Shown: one piece after another, positions 30,619 to 39,254 of the stretch | Position numbering within the stretch: the first letter of the stretch is position 1 | How the letters are laid out: each line of letters starts with the position of its first letter | Assembly (NCBI GenBank): GCA_002919305.1 | Contig: PKFB01000015.1 | Coordinates: 793 to 64,792 of the forward strand | From: Actinomycetales bacterium | GTDB taxonomy: Bacteria; Actinomycetota; Actinomycetes; Mycobacteriales; Micromonosporaceae | DNA length: 64,000 nucleotides | Direction: 5' to 3' | Position numbers and translations under genes: made by a program | The notes under the pieces: model-generated | What the model saw: only the letters and a program-made list of their open reading frames with translations | The model's database searches: none | Told to the model about the DNA's origin: nothing

Positions 30619-31604
30619 TGCGGCTGCTGCGCGCGGAGTGGACGAGGCTGTTCGCCCGCCGGTTCACCCAAGTGATGCTCCTGCTGTTGCTGTTGGTGTT
30701 GGGTGCCATCGCCGGCGGTATCGCCTTCGACAGCAGCTCGCCGAGTGAGGCCGAGTACGCCGCCGCCGAGCGAGAGGCACAGTGGTACAACCAGGAAGCG
30801 CTCCAACAAGTCCAGGAATGTGAGCAGGCCCACGCGGCGGGTGGTGACGCGGCGCTGGAGTGGCCGACGGACTGTTCGATACTCGCGGCGGAGTACACGG
30901 CCGACATGTTCCTGCCGTGGACATTCAACTTCCGCGCCGAAGCGCCCGAACTGGTCATAGGGTTCGGCGGGCTGCTGGCGCTGTTCGGCCTGTTGGTCGG
31001 GGCCTCCTTCATCGGGGCGGAACACTCCAGCGGCGGGGTGACCAACCTGCTGCTGTGGCAGCCGCGGCGGATCCCACTGCTGTTGGGCAAGCTCACCGCG
31101 CTGCTCACCGGTGTGCTGCTGATCGGCGTGGTGATAGGTGGCGCGTGGGTGGCTGGTCTGTGGCTGATCGCCCGCTGGCGGGGCGTGACCGGGGAGCTCA
31201 CCCGAGGCTTCCAGGAGTCCTTGGCGTTGACCGGTGCCCGTTCCCTGGGTCTGGCCTTGGCGGTCACGATCGTGGGCTTCGCCCTGGCTTCGCTGGGCCG
31301 GCGTACCTCGACGGCCTTGGGCGCCCTCCTGGCCTACGGGGTGATCGGCGAGATCGGAATCCGCATGGTGCTGGGTCTGTTGGAGGTCGATTACGTCGAG
31401 CGTTACGTGCTGTCCAGCTACGTGGCGGCCTGGTTGGATAAGCAGTACGAAATCTTCGGCAGCTACTCCTGTGACGACTACGGCAGCTGCATCGGCGAGA
31501 GCTACACCATCCCCCTGTGGCAGGGCGCGGTCGTGCTGGGGGTCTTGACGACGGTGTTGCTGGTCGCGGCTGTGGCGGTCTTCCGACGTCGGGACATCAC
31601 ATGA
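30618..31604 (+). CDS. ABC-2 family membrane permease
   Basis: 328 aa: an N-terminal TM, a large loop, then 5 TM helices. The ATG shares a base with the upstream TAA (TAATG). Confidence 0.7.
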   Translation: MRLLRAEWTRLFARRFTQVMLLLLLLVLGAIAGGIAFDSSSPSEAEYAAAEREAQWYNQEALQQVQECEQAHAAGGDAALEWPTDCSILAAEYTADMFLPWTFNFRAEAPELVIGFGGLLALFGLLVGASFIGAEHSSGGVTNLLLWQPRRIPLLLGKLTALLTGVLLIGVVIGGAWVAGLWLIARWRGVTGELTRGFQESLALTGARSLGLALAVTIVGFALASLGRRTSTALGALLAYGVIGEIGIRMVLGLLEVDYVERYVLSSYVAAWLDKQYEIFGSYSCDDYGSCIGESYTIPLWQGAVVLGVLTTVLLVAAVAVFRRRDIT

Positions 31605-33739
31605 CTCACGGGGCCCTGGAGGTCTGGCCTGGCTCCCCTCACCCCCTCGGCGCGACGGTGACCGCCGAGGGGGTGAACTTCGCGCTGTGGAGCGCCGGGG
31701 CCGAAGCGGTCGAGCTGTGCCTGTTCGGCACCCCGGAGGATCCGGACGGGCCGGAGCGGCGTATCCCGCTGACGGAGCAGACCTACCACATCTGGCACGG
31801 TTTCGTGCCCGGGATCCGGCCGGGGCAACGCTACGGGTACCGGGTTCACGGGCCGTGGCGCCCCTCCGAGGGGCTACGGTTCAACCCCGCCAAACTGCTG
31901 GTCGATCCCTACGCCCGGGCCTACGCCGGCACCGTCACCTACACCGACGCGATCTACGGGCAGCGCCCGGACGGTACGCCCGACCCGACCGACTCCGCCC
32001 CGTTCGTGCCCCGCTCCATCGTGGTGGCGCCCGATCCCAATCCCAACCTCGGCCCTCGGCCCCGGGTGCCGTGGGAGGACACCATCATCTACGAGGTCCA
32101 CGTCAAAGGGTTCACACAGCTGCATCCGGGGGTCCCCGAACATCTCCGCGGCACCTACGCCGGTTTCGCTCATCCCGCCGCGATCGAGCATCTGCTCAAG
32201 TTGGGTGTCACCACGGTGGAGCTGCTCCCGGTCCACCACCGGATCTCCGAGCCGTTCCTGGCCACCCGTGGGCTGAGCAACTACTGGGGGTACAACACCC
32301 TGGGCTTCTTCGCGCCTGACGCCCGGTTCTCTGCCAGCGGCGACGGCGGCGACCAGGTCGCTGAGTTCAAATCCATGGTGCGGGCGCTGCACGAAGCCGG
32401 GCTCGAGGTGATCCTGGACGTCGTCTACAACCACACCGCCGAAGGCCCACCGGACGGGCCGATGCTGGCGTTCAAAGGCATCGACAACCAGCGGTACTAC
32501 CGGCTGGATCCGAATGACTGGTCCCGGTACCGGGACTACACGGGTACCGGGAACACCCTGGATCTGCGGCAGTTCCACCCGCTTCAGCTGGTCATGGACT
32601 CGCTCCGGTACTGGATCACCGAGATGGGGGTGGACGGCTTCCGTTTTGACCTGGCTTCAGCCCTAGCCCGCTCCCTGCACGATGTGGACCGGCTGTCGTC
32701 GTTCATGGCCGTCGTTCACCAGGACCCTGTGGTGAGCCGGTGCAAGCTGATCGCTGAGCCGTGGGACCTGGGGCCTGGCGGCTACCAGGTCGGTGAGTTC
32801 CCGCCCTTGTGGACGGAGTGGAACGGGCGCTACCGGGACGCGGTGCGGGACTTCTGGCGCGGGGCCCCCACCGGGATGGCCGAACTGGGGTGGCGGCTGA
32901 CCGGCTCGGCGGACCTGTACGCCGATGACGGTCGCAAACCGTTCGCGTCGATCAACTTCATCACCGCCCACGACGGCTTCACGATGCGGGACCTGGTCAC
33001 CTACGAGTACAAGCACAACGAGGCCAACGGCGAGCACAACCGTGACGGCACCGACGACAACCGCGCATACAACTTCGGGGTGGAGGGCGAGACCGACGAC
33101 CCGGAGATCAACGCCGCCCGTCGGCGGCAGGTGCGCAACCTGTTGGCCACACTGCTGCTGTCCACCGGGGTGCCGATGCTGGTGGCCGGCGACGAGATGT
33201 ACCGCACCCAGCACGGCAATAACAACCCCTACTGCCAGGACAACGAGATCTCCTGGTTGAACTGGGACCTGGATGACCACGCCCGTACCTTGTTGGACTT
33301 CACCCGCCGGCTGGTGACGTTGCGCCGTCAGTCACCGGTGTTCCGGCAGCCCGCTTTCTTCCTGGGAGAGCCGGCGGGGGACGACGGCACCGTGAAGGAT
33401 CTAGCGTGGTTCCGTCCCGACGGTCACGAAATGACCCCTGCTGACTGGCACTCCCCCCAGGCCCGCACCCTCGGTATGTACCTCAATGGTGAGCGGCTGC
33501 GGCAGCGTGGTCCTCGTGGGGAGGAGATCACGGACGACTCCTACCTGCTATGGCTCCACGCTGGACAGTCTCACGTGGACGTTGAATTGCCGGCCGGCGT
33601 GTGGGCTGACGGGTATGACGTGGTGTTTGACACCGCCGCGGAGGACGGGGACGGTGACCGGAGGATTCCAGCCGGCACTTCACTGCGTCTGGTGCCCCGT
33701 TCCGTTGTTCTGCTGCGGGTCATCCGTTCCACGACCTGA
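31601..33739 (+). CDS. glgX: Glycogen debranching enzyme GlgX (GH13)
   Basis: MTHGALEVWPGSPHPLGATVTAEGVNFALWS; GH13 regions VILDVVYNHT, GVDGFRFDLA, LIAEPWD, FITAHDGF. Start moved to ATG 31601, which overlaps the permease stop (ATGA). Confidence 0.9.
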   Translation: MTHGALEVWPGSPHPLGATVTAEGVNFALWSAGAEAVELCLFGTPEDPDGPERRIPLTEQTYHIWHGFVPGIRPGQRYGYRVHGPWRPSEGLRFNPAKLLVDPYARAYAGTVTYTDAIYGQRPDGTPDPTDSAPFVPRSIVVAPDPNPNLGPRPRVPWEDTIIYEVHVKGFTQLHPGVPEHLRGTYAGFAHPAAIEHLLKLGVTTVELLPVHHRISEPFLATRGLSNYWGYNTLGFFAPDARFSASGDGGDQVAEFKSMVRALHEAGLEVILDVVYNHTAEGPPDGPMLAFKGIDNQRYYRLDPNDWSRYRDYTGTGNTLDLRQFHPLQLVMDSLRYWITEMGVDGFRFDLASALARSLHDVDRLSSFMAVVHQDPVVSRCKLIAEPWDLGPGGYQVGEFPPLWTEWNGRYRDAVRDFWRGAPTGMAELGWRLTGSADLYADDGRKPFASINFITAHDGFTMRDLVTYEYKHNEANGEHNRDGTDDNRAYNFGVEGETDDPEINAARRRQVRNLLATLLLSTGVPMLVAGDEMYRTQHGNNNPYCQDNEISWLNWDLDDHARTLLDFTRRLVTLRRQSPVFRQPAFFLGEPAGDDGTVKDLAWFRPDGHEMTPADWHSPQARTLGMYLNGERLRQRGPRGEEITDDSYLLWLHAGQSHVDVELPAGVWADGYDVVFDTAAEDGDGDRRIPAGTSLRLVPRSVVLLRVIRSTT

Positions 33740-34637
33740 CGGGGCCCACGTCCTGGTGTCCCGCCTGGTATCTCGCGGCGGCTGCCGCCTTCTCCCGAAT
33801 CGGATCGATCAATTTTGCTGCCGCACTACGCGGAGGAGCGCCATCGCCGCCGCTGTTGGGGCTATCACGCAGTTTGATATCCCGAGTGGGCGTGATCCAC
33901 GCTGAGACAGCGATGATCCTTTATGTGGATGGCGACGGATACGCGCCTGACAACCACCTACACTTCCGCCCGCACGAAATTCTCTCTTCTCGTAACAGAA
34001 TCATGACAGGCGTACCGTTCTTTCGTTAAGTTAAAGTTTAAAACAGCACAGCCACCCTCTACCACACTCACTTTCAGACGCGGGCGCGCGACACGCCACA
34101 TGACACCACATATTTCGTCACTTAACCGAGAATTACCTCCTCGGAAGCCTCGGCGCTCCCATCAGAAACATCGACGGGAAACGCACCACACCCCCTGTGA
34201 CCAGGACCTACCCCCACGACGGATCCTTCAATGGCGTTGAATGCACCTCAGGAAAACGTTATGAAATTTTTTACATGATCAAGTCATCGTGAACGACGCC
34301 CTTTCCAGCATCACGGCGACCACCACACGAGCGAACCTCATCCTTAGAAAACAACCAAATCACTGTCAGGAATCCGCACCCCTTTACAGCGATGGTTCAT
34401 CTCACTCCCCCGCCGACGGCATTATTCCGCCGCGAGCCTACGCCCCATCCCCGCAAGAGATCTCATCTCGAGACACCCACCGACCTCCATTCCCCAGCCC
34501 AGTTTTCCCTCACACAACAGCGTGATACCCGCATGGATCAACGTGTTTCATCTTGCGTTCACATCATTACCTCCTTACCGTTAGTCAAGCCAAGCTAACG
34601 GTGGGTATACGTCGGAACGCCGGCGCTGGGGAACGGT

Positions 34638-35822
34638 GTGGGTGAACAGACCAGGATGACGCGCCCGTCATGGCTCTCCCGCCTCGTCCCTAGCCTTCTG
34701 GGGTTACTCCTCACCGCCGTGGTCGTCACCGTGGCCGGCCGACTGACCCGTGACCAGGTCCCGGGCTGGCAGCTGGCGCTGGCCTTAGTGACCGTGATCG
34801 TGGCGGCGTTAGTGCATCTGCACCACGCATGGCACGTCATGACCGCTCGCCGCCCGATCGCCTGGCCGGTGACGCTGGCGTTGCTGGCGGCGCTGACCTG
34901 CCTCCCCTTGCCGTGGCTCGCACTGGGCTGGGACTGCGTCCCCGGGCTCTTGGTGGGCTCGGTGTTGATGCTGCTGCCTTTCCCCCGCTCCTGGTGCGTC
35001 GTAGCTGTGCTCCTCTGCGCGGAGTTCATGACGTTGCACCTCAGTGGTGTCCCCCGCGGCCCCGACTTAAACGGGATGGTCGCCGCCTGGGTGGTGGGCG
35101 TACTCAGCTGTGGCCTAGTCCGATTAGGCGCCACGGCCGACCAGCCCGTGGCCACCCGGGTGGACTTAGCGCGGGCCGCGGTGATGCGCGAGCGTGTACG
35201 TTTCGCACGGGATCTGCATGACCTGGTGGGTCACCAACTGTCCGCGATCGCCCTACGCTGCGAGGTCGCGCTTCGCCTGTTGGACCGGGACCTCGAACGC
35301 GCCCGGGCCGAGATGGGCACCATGCTCACGCTCATCCGGCAAGCCGTCGCCGACGCCCGTGCGACTGCCCACGGATACCGCGAGATGTCGGTGGCCGCGG
35401 AGCTGGCCTCGGCCCAGTCGATCCTGAAGGCCGCGGGGATCGACTGCCGCGTCGACCTCGACGGCGCGGTGCCGACAGGTGCGGCGGGTCAGGCCCTGGC
35501 CGGCGTCATCCGAGAGTGTGTCACGAACGTGCTGCGCCACAGCCGGGCCCGCCGATGCCGGATCGAGATGGCGCGTCGGGACCGTTGGCTTCGGCTCGCG
35601 ATCTCTAACGACGGTGCCAGCGGGCCGCTGCAGCCGACCGGGATCGGTCTGGACAACATCCACCACCGAATCACCTCTGTCGGTGGGTGGTCGACGGTGC
35701 AACAGCGACCAGACGGCTGGTTCCAGGTGGTCGCCGAGATCCCGGTCTCGCAGTACTCCCTCGCCGATCATGACGAGCGCTCACTGGGCGCTATGCATTC
35801 TTCACTGTCAGAACATGACTGA
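34638..35822 (+). CDS. Membrane sensor histidine kinase, HisKA_3 (NarX/DesK-like) class
   Basis: About 5 N-terminal TM helices; H-box RFARDLHDLVGHQLSAIAL; HATPase_c ECVTNVLRHS...ISNDG...GIGLDNI. The start may be ATG 34656. Confidence 0.85.
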   Translation: MGEQTRMTRPSWLSRLVPSLLGLLLTAVVVTVAGRLTRDQVPGWQLALALVTVIVAALVHLHHAWHVMTARRPIAWPVTLALLAALTCLPLPWLALGWDCVPGLLVGSVLMLLPFPRSWCVVAVLLCAEFMTLHLSGVPRGPDLNGMVAAWVVGVLSCGLVRLGATADQPVATRVDLARAAVMRERVRFARDLHDLVGHQLSAIALRCEVALRLLDRDLERARAEMGTMLTLIRQAVADARATAHGYREMSVAAELASAQSILKAAGIDCRVDLDGAVPTGAAGQALAGVIRECVTNVLRHSRARRCRIEMARRDRWLRLAISNDGASGPLQPTGIGLDNIHHRITSVGGWSTVQQRPDGWFQVVAEIPVSQYSLADHDERSLGAMHSSLSEHD

Positions 35823-36057
35823 TGCGACTGGTTCCACCCCCCTCCCTCATTGGATCGTGTCTATGCACGACGGAACACACCTCACGGCGCATACCGCGTG
35901 AATCGTGGTTTTAAGCGCATACCTGGTTGTTCCGTGCCGTTATTGCACGTGGGTCATTGGTGAGGCAACCGGAGCACGCCGTCGCACGGCAGGTCCGCTG
36001 TGGCTGCGTGCCCGGTTGCCCGGCACCTGGCCCGGCGCCTGGATCGGAGGGAAGGTC

Positions 36058-38673
36058 GTGGACAAGCGCTACGAGTCGTTCTGCCTGGTCGATCCGCTGT
36101 TTTATGACCTGCCCACCTCCGCCGGTGCCGATCTTGACTTCCCTATCGCCTCCCGAGCGTTGCCGCCAGGCTGGCGTCGGACACGTCATGAAGACTGGGT
36201 GATCCTGGACCCCCCGAAGGGCGACCTGCCCCCACAGGGCTGGAAGATCCACGTCTCGGCCACTCTGGAGAACGCTGAGCGGGTACTGGACACCGTCTGG
36301 GGTTACTGCGTGGCGCGCCAGCTGCCTTTCAAGTTCCTCAGTGGACGTCACGTACTCCAGCTCCGGAACGCCAAGTACGCCCACCGCGGCTCCAGCGGCA
36401 AATTGGTCACGATCTATCCGGCCGATGAGGCCACTCTGGAAACGGTCTGTACAGAGCTGGGCGAGGCCCTGGCCGGAGAGCCCGGCCCGTACATCCTGTC
36501 CGATCTGCGCTGGGGCCCCGGTCCTCTCTATGTCCGCTACGGCGGCTTCGCCCGGCGTTACTGCGTCTCCGATCGCGGTGAGCTGGTGCCGGCCATCGCT
36601 CGCCCTGACGGCACCCTGGTGCCGGATCGGCGCGGCCCGGTGTTCTCGTTGCCCGACTGGGTGACGCTGCCGGACTTTTTAGCGCCCCACCTGGCGGCCC
36701 GGCAGGCCACGACCGTCAACGACCTGCCCTATGAGATCAGGCAGGTGCTGCACTTCTCCAACGGCGGCGGCCTGTACCGGGGGGTGGATCGCCGAACCGG
36801 CCAAACCGTCATCCTGAAGGAAGCCCGCCCGCACGCCGGGCTGGACGCCACCGGTGCGGACGCGGTGGCCCGCCTGGAACGGGAACGCATGATCCTGGAA
36901 CGACTCGCCGGTTTAGACGTCGTTCCGGCCCTCATCGACTACGTCGTTGTCGGGGAGCACCACTTCCTCGTTGAGCAGTTCGTTGAAGGCTCCCCCTTGA
37001 ACAAACTGTTCGCCGACCGGTACCCCCTGTCCGATCCGTCGGCCGGTCCGGAGCGGTACGCGCAGTACCGCCGCTGGGCGATGGGGATCTACGAGCGGGT
37101 CGAGGCCGCGGTGCACGCCCTGCACCAACGGGGTGTCGTCTTCGGAGACCTGCACCTTTACAACATCCTGGTCGGCCCCGACGACCGGATCACGCTGATC
37201 GACTTCGAGGTGGCCTCGCTGATTGACGAGCAACGTCGTCCCGGCATCGGCAATCCCGGTTTCAGCGCCCCCGCCGACCGGACCGGTTTCGACATTGACC
37301 GGTACGCGCTGGCGTGCCTCCGTCTGGCGCTGTTCTTGCCGATGACCGCGCTGATCAAGCTGGCGCCGGGCAAGGCCGCCCACTTCGCCCAGATCATTCA
37401 GGAACAGTTCGATGTTCCGGATGACTTCCTGCGGCCGGCGGTCCACACCATCGATCAGGCTGACGCCCCCGACGCCTCCGCGCTTCCCCCCTCGGTCGTC
37501 GAGTTCGCCCCGGCCCCGAACACCTGGGAATGCAGCCGTGACCAGATCGCCCGCTCGATCCTGGCCAGCGCCACCCCGGACCGGTCGGATCGGCTGTTCC
37601 CCGGTGACATCGAACAGTTCACCAGCGGCGGTCTGTCCTTTGGGTACGGAGCCGCGGGCGTCCTGTACGCGCTGGCGGTGACCGGAGCCGGACGCTACCC
37701 CGCGTACGAGCAGTGGCTCCTGGAGCGGGTCCAGCGCCCCGGGCCCGGCGCGCGGCTGGGGTTCTACGACGGTTTACACGGCATCGGGTACGCGCTTGCC
37801 GAACTGGGGTACCGCCAGCAGGCACTCGATCTGATCGAGATGGTCCACTCGGAGCGCTGGGAGGACCTCAGCCTGGATCTGGCGAGCGGCTTGGCGGGAG
37901 TGGGCCTGAACCTAGCGCATCTGGCGCAGCTCACCGGTGAGTCGCACTTGCGGGATCTGGCGCTGCGGGTGGCCGAGGTCGTGGCGTCCCGCTTAGGAGG
38001 CGTCACAGATGTCCCCACCGTGTCGGGCGGCCGGCATCCATACGCCGGACTCATGCGTGGCTCCTCTGGACCGGCGTTGCTGTTCATCCGGTTGTATGAG
38101 CTCACCGGCCAGACAGCGTTACTTGATTACGCCGCCACCGCGCTGCGTCAGGATCTACGGCGGTGTGTGCGCCGCCCCGACGGCAGCCTGCACGTCAACG
38201 AAGGCTGGCGCACCTTGCCCTACCTGGATCGCGGCAGCGCCGGGATCGGTATGGTGCTCGACCACTACCTGCTGCACCGGGAGGACGAGGAGTTCGCCCA
38301 AGCCTCCGGCGACATCCTGCCGGCCGCGCTCTCTCCGTTCTATATCCAGCCGGGCTTGTTCGCCGGTCGCGCCGGGCTGATTGTGTACCTGGCTCACCGG
38401 TACGGCCCGGCAGCCGCCTCCCAACCTGACACGCTCCGGCAGATGCGGCGCCTGAACTGGCATGCCATCGCGCACGCCGATGGCATCGCCTTCCCGGGTG
38501 AACAGCTGCTACGGCTCTCGACCGACCTGGCCACCGGCTCCGCCGGGATCCTGCTCGCCCTCGGTGCGGTCCTCAACGACCAGCCGATCGGGCTGCCGTT
38601 CCTGCACTCCCCTCGGTCGCATCAGCGGTCGGTCGGCTCCATGCCGGCTTCCCCGCTCGCTGGTGCACGGTGA
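36058..38673 (+). CDS. ramC: Class III lanthipeptide synthetase (LanKC; RamC/AmfT-like): lyase, Ser/Thr kinase and Zn-ligand-less cyclase domains
   Basis: Lyase region: YESFCLVDPLFYD, GWKIHVSA. Kinase region: VILKEARPHAG, FGDLHLYNILV, LIDFE. The LanC-like repeats (GLMRGSSGPA, LDRGSAGIG, LATGSAGIL) lack Cys/His ligands. Start moved to GTG 36058 (GGAGGGAAGG upstream); the track ORF begins at 35905. Confidence 0.85.
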   Translation: MDKRYESFCLVDPLFYDLPTSAGADLDFPIASRALPPGWRRTRHEDWVILDPPKGDLPPQGWKIHVSATLENAERVLDTVWGYCVARQLPFKFLSGRHVLQLRNAKYAHRGSSGKLVTIYPADEATLETVCTELGEALAGEPGPYILSDLRWGPGPLYVRYGGFARRYCVSDRGELVPAIARPDGTLVPDRRGPVFSLPDWVTLPDFLAPHLAARQATTVNDLPYEIRQVLHFSNGGGLYRGVDRRTGQTVILKEARPHAGLDATGADAVARLERERMILERLAGLDVVPALIDYVVVGEHHFLVEQFVEGSPLNKLFADRYPLSDPSAGPERYAQYRRWAMGIYERVEAAVHALHQRGVVFGDLHLYNILVGPDDRITLIDFEVASLIDEQRRPGIGNPGFSAPADRTGFDIDRYALACLRLALFLPMTALIKLAPGKAAHFAQIIQEQFDVPDDFLRPAVHTIDQADAPDASALPPSVVEFAPAPNTWECSRDQIARSILASATPDRSDRLFPGDIEQFTSGGLSFGYGAAGVLYALAVTGAGRYPAYEQWLLERVQRPGPGARLGFYDGLHGIGYALAELGYRQQALDLIEMVHSERWEDLSLDLASGLAGVGLNLAHLAQLTGESHLRDLALRVAEVVASRLGGVTDVPTVSGGRHPYAGLMRGSSGPALLFIRLYELTGQTALLDYAATALRQDLRRCVRRPDGSLHVNEGWRTLPYLDRGSAGIGMVLDHYLLHREDEEFAQASGDILPAALSPFYIQPGLFAGRAGLIVYLAHRYGPAAASQPDTLRQMRRLNWHAIAHADGIAFPGEQLLRLSTDLATGSAGILLALGAVLNDQPIGLPFLHSPRSHQRSVGSMPASPLAGAR

Positions 38674-38727
38674 CCCTCCATCCACTCCGGGTGCCCGACG
38701 GCGCCCCGTCCCGAAAGAGGTGTTCCC

Positions 38728-38841
38728 ATGGCTCTGCTCGACCTTCAAGGCTTGGAGCCGCCCCAGGACGCTCCCTCGCACGGCGGTAGCGCCCTCAGCC
38801 TCGCGCTGTGTAGCGAGTTCAGCCTGCTGCTGTGCCTGTGA
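38728..38841 (+). CDS. ramS: Class III lanthipeptide precursor 1 (37 aa): MALLDLQGLEPPQDAPSHGGSALSLALCSEFSLLLCL
   Basis: Below the ORF-track size cutoff; translated by me. AAAGAGG RBS 7 nt upstream. LLDLQ leader motif, then two back-to-back S-x-x-S-x-x-x-C motifs (SALSLALC, SEFSLLLC). The N-terminus resembles AmfS (MALLDLQ...). Confidence 0.8.
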   Translation: MALLDLQGLEPPQDAPSHGGSALSLALCSEFSLLLCL

Positions 38842-38847
38842 CCGCTT

Positions 38848-38908
38848 CCCGGAGGGCACGGGGCCCTTTCTGGACGTCCCTTCTGACGCCGACGCCCCGC
38901 CCTCCGGG
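38848..38908 (+). terminator. Imperfect hairpin (9 + 6 bp with a 2-nt bulge) 7 nt after the precursor-1 stop; candidate attenuator or processing site
   Basis: CCCGGAGGG (38848-38856) pairs with CCCTCCGGG (38900-38908). CGGGGC (38859-38864) pairs with GCCCCG (38894-38899). Confidence 0.35.
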
Positions 38909-38986
38909 GCCCATGGACAACCGGCCCTTCCACGTTCCTGCCCCCGGTGCCGGTGATGACCGATCTCACGGAAGGAGGTGTACGCC

Positions 38987-39106
38987 ATGGCGATCCTCGA
39001 CCTGCAGGGCCTGGAGCTGGCCGACGAGGCCCAGTACGGCGGCCACAGCAGCCACAGCCACAGCTGCGGTGGCGGCGGCAGCTACCTGAGCCTGCTGCTG
39101 TGCTGA
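38987..39106 (+). CDS. Class III lanthipeptide precursor 2 (39 aa): MAILDLQGLELADEAQYGGHSSHSHSCGGGGSYLSLLLC
   Basis: Translated by me. GAAGGAGG RBS 8 nt upstream and the same ILDLQGLE leader motif. C-terminal SYLSLLLC is a canonical motif. The upstream SSHSHSC only fits a shortened S-x-x-S-x-x-C. Confidence 0.8.
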   Translation: MAILDLQGLELADEAQYGGHSSHSHSCGGGGSYLSLLLC

Positions 39107-39129
39107 CAGACGGGTCAGTGTGACTGGCC

Positions 39130-39201
39130 GGCTGTGTCCGCGTCCGCTCCGGACACAGCCTTCGTCGGCCCTGGACTCGCGCCACCGGTCCAGGGCCGAC
39201 G
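39130..39201 (+). terminator. Two strong adjacent hairpins between precursor 2 and the first ABC gene; candidate partial terminator
   Basis: GGCTGTGTCCG (39130-39140) pairs with CGGACACAGCC (39150-39160). A 14-bp stem joins 39163-39176 and 39188-39201 (core GGCCCTGGAC / GTCCAGGGCC). Confidence 0.5.
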
Positions 39202-39254
39202 CCGCGTACCGGATTACCTGTGGATACCTGTGCGGCCCGCCCCGAGGAGTACCC

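Noticed and set aside
33740-34637. ORFs 34289..34525 (78 aa) and 34392..34598 (68 aa) in the AT-richer spacer, plus tiny ORFs such as MKHVDPCGYHAVV on the minus strand.
   Set aside because: They have no RBS, no family motifs and atypical composition, and they overlap each other. I treat the region as non-coding (see the finding for this interval).
35905-36057. N-terminal extensions of the track ORFs: lanKC 35905, cel9 up to 4486, kinase up to 20404, ARH2 up to 21896, binding protein up to 24300, CoA-transferase up to 17214, ABC 39120, glgX 31517 and the zinc-ribbon protein up to 59276.
   Set aside because: In each case an internal ATG or GTG has a good Shine-Dalgarno sequence, restores the family-typical N-terminus or signal peptide, and often creates a 4-nt overlap with the upstream stop. 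The extensions are Arg/Pro-rich, and the one at 39120 runs through strong hairpins.
36058-38673. Alternative classification of the synthetase as class IV (LanL) or class II (LanM).
   Set aside because: The lyase and kinase N-terminal halves exclude LanM. The cyclase domain shows Ser/Gly where the Zn-ligand Cys/His should be. The precursors have the class III S-x-x-S-x-x-x-C motifs and LLDLQ leader.
38842-38986. A possible third precursor peptide between the two lanthipeptide precursor genes (ATG at about 38911: MDNRPFHVPAPGAGDDRSHGRR...).
   Set aside because: It has no LLDLQ-type leader, no Ser/Cys ring motif and no RBS, and its frame runs through precursor 2 out of frame.
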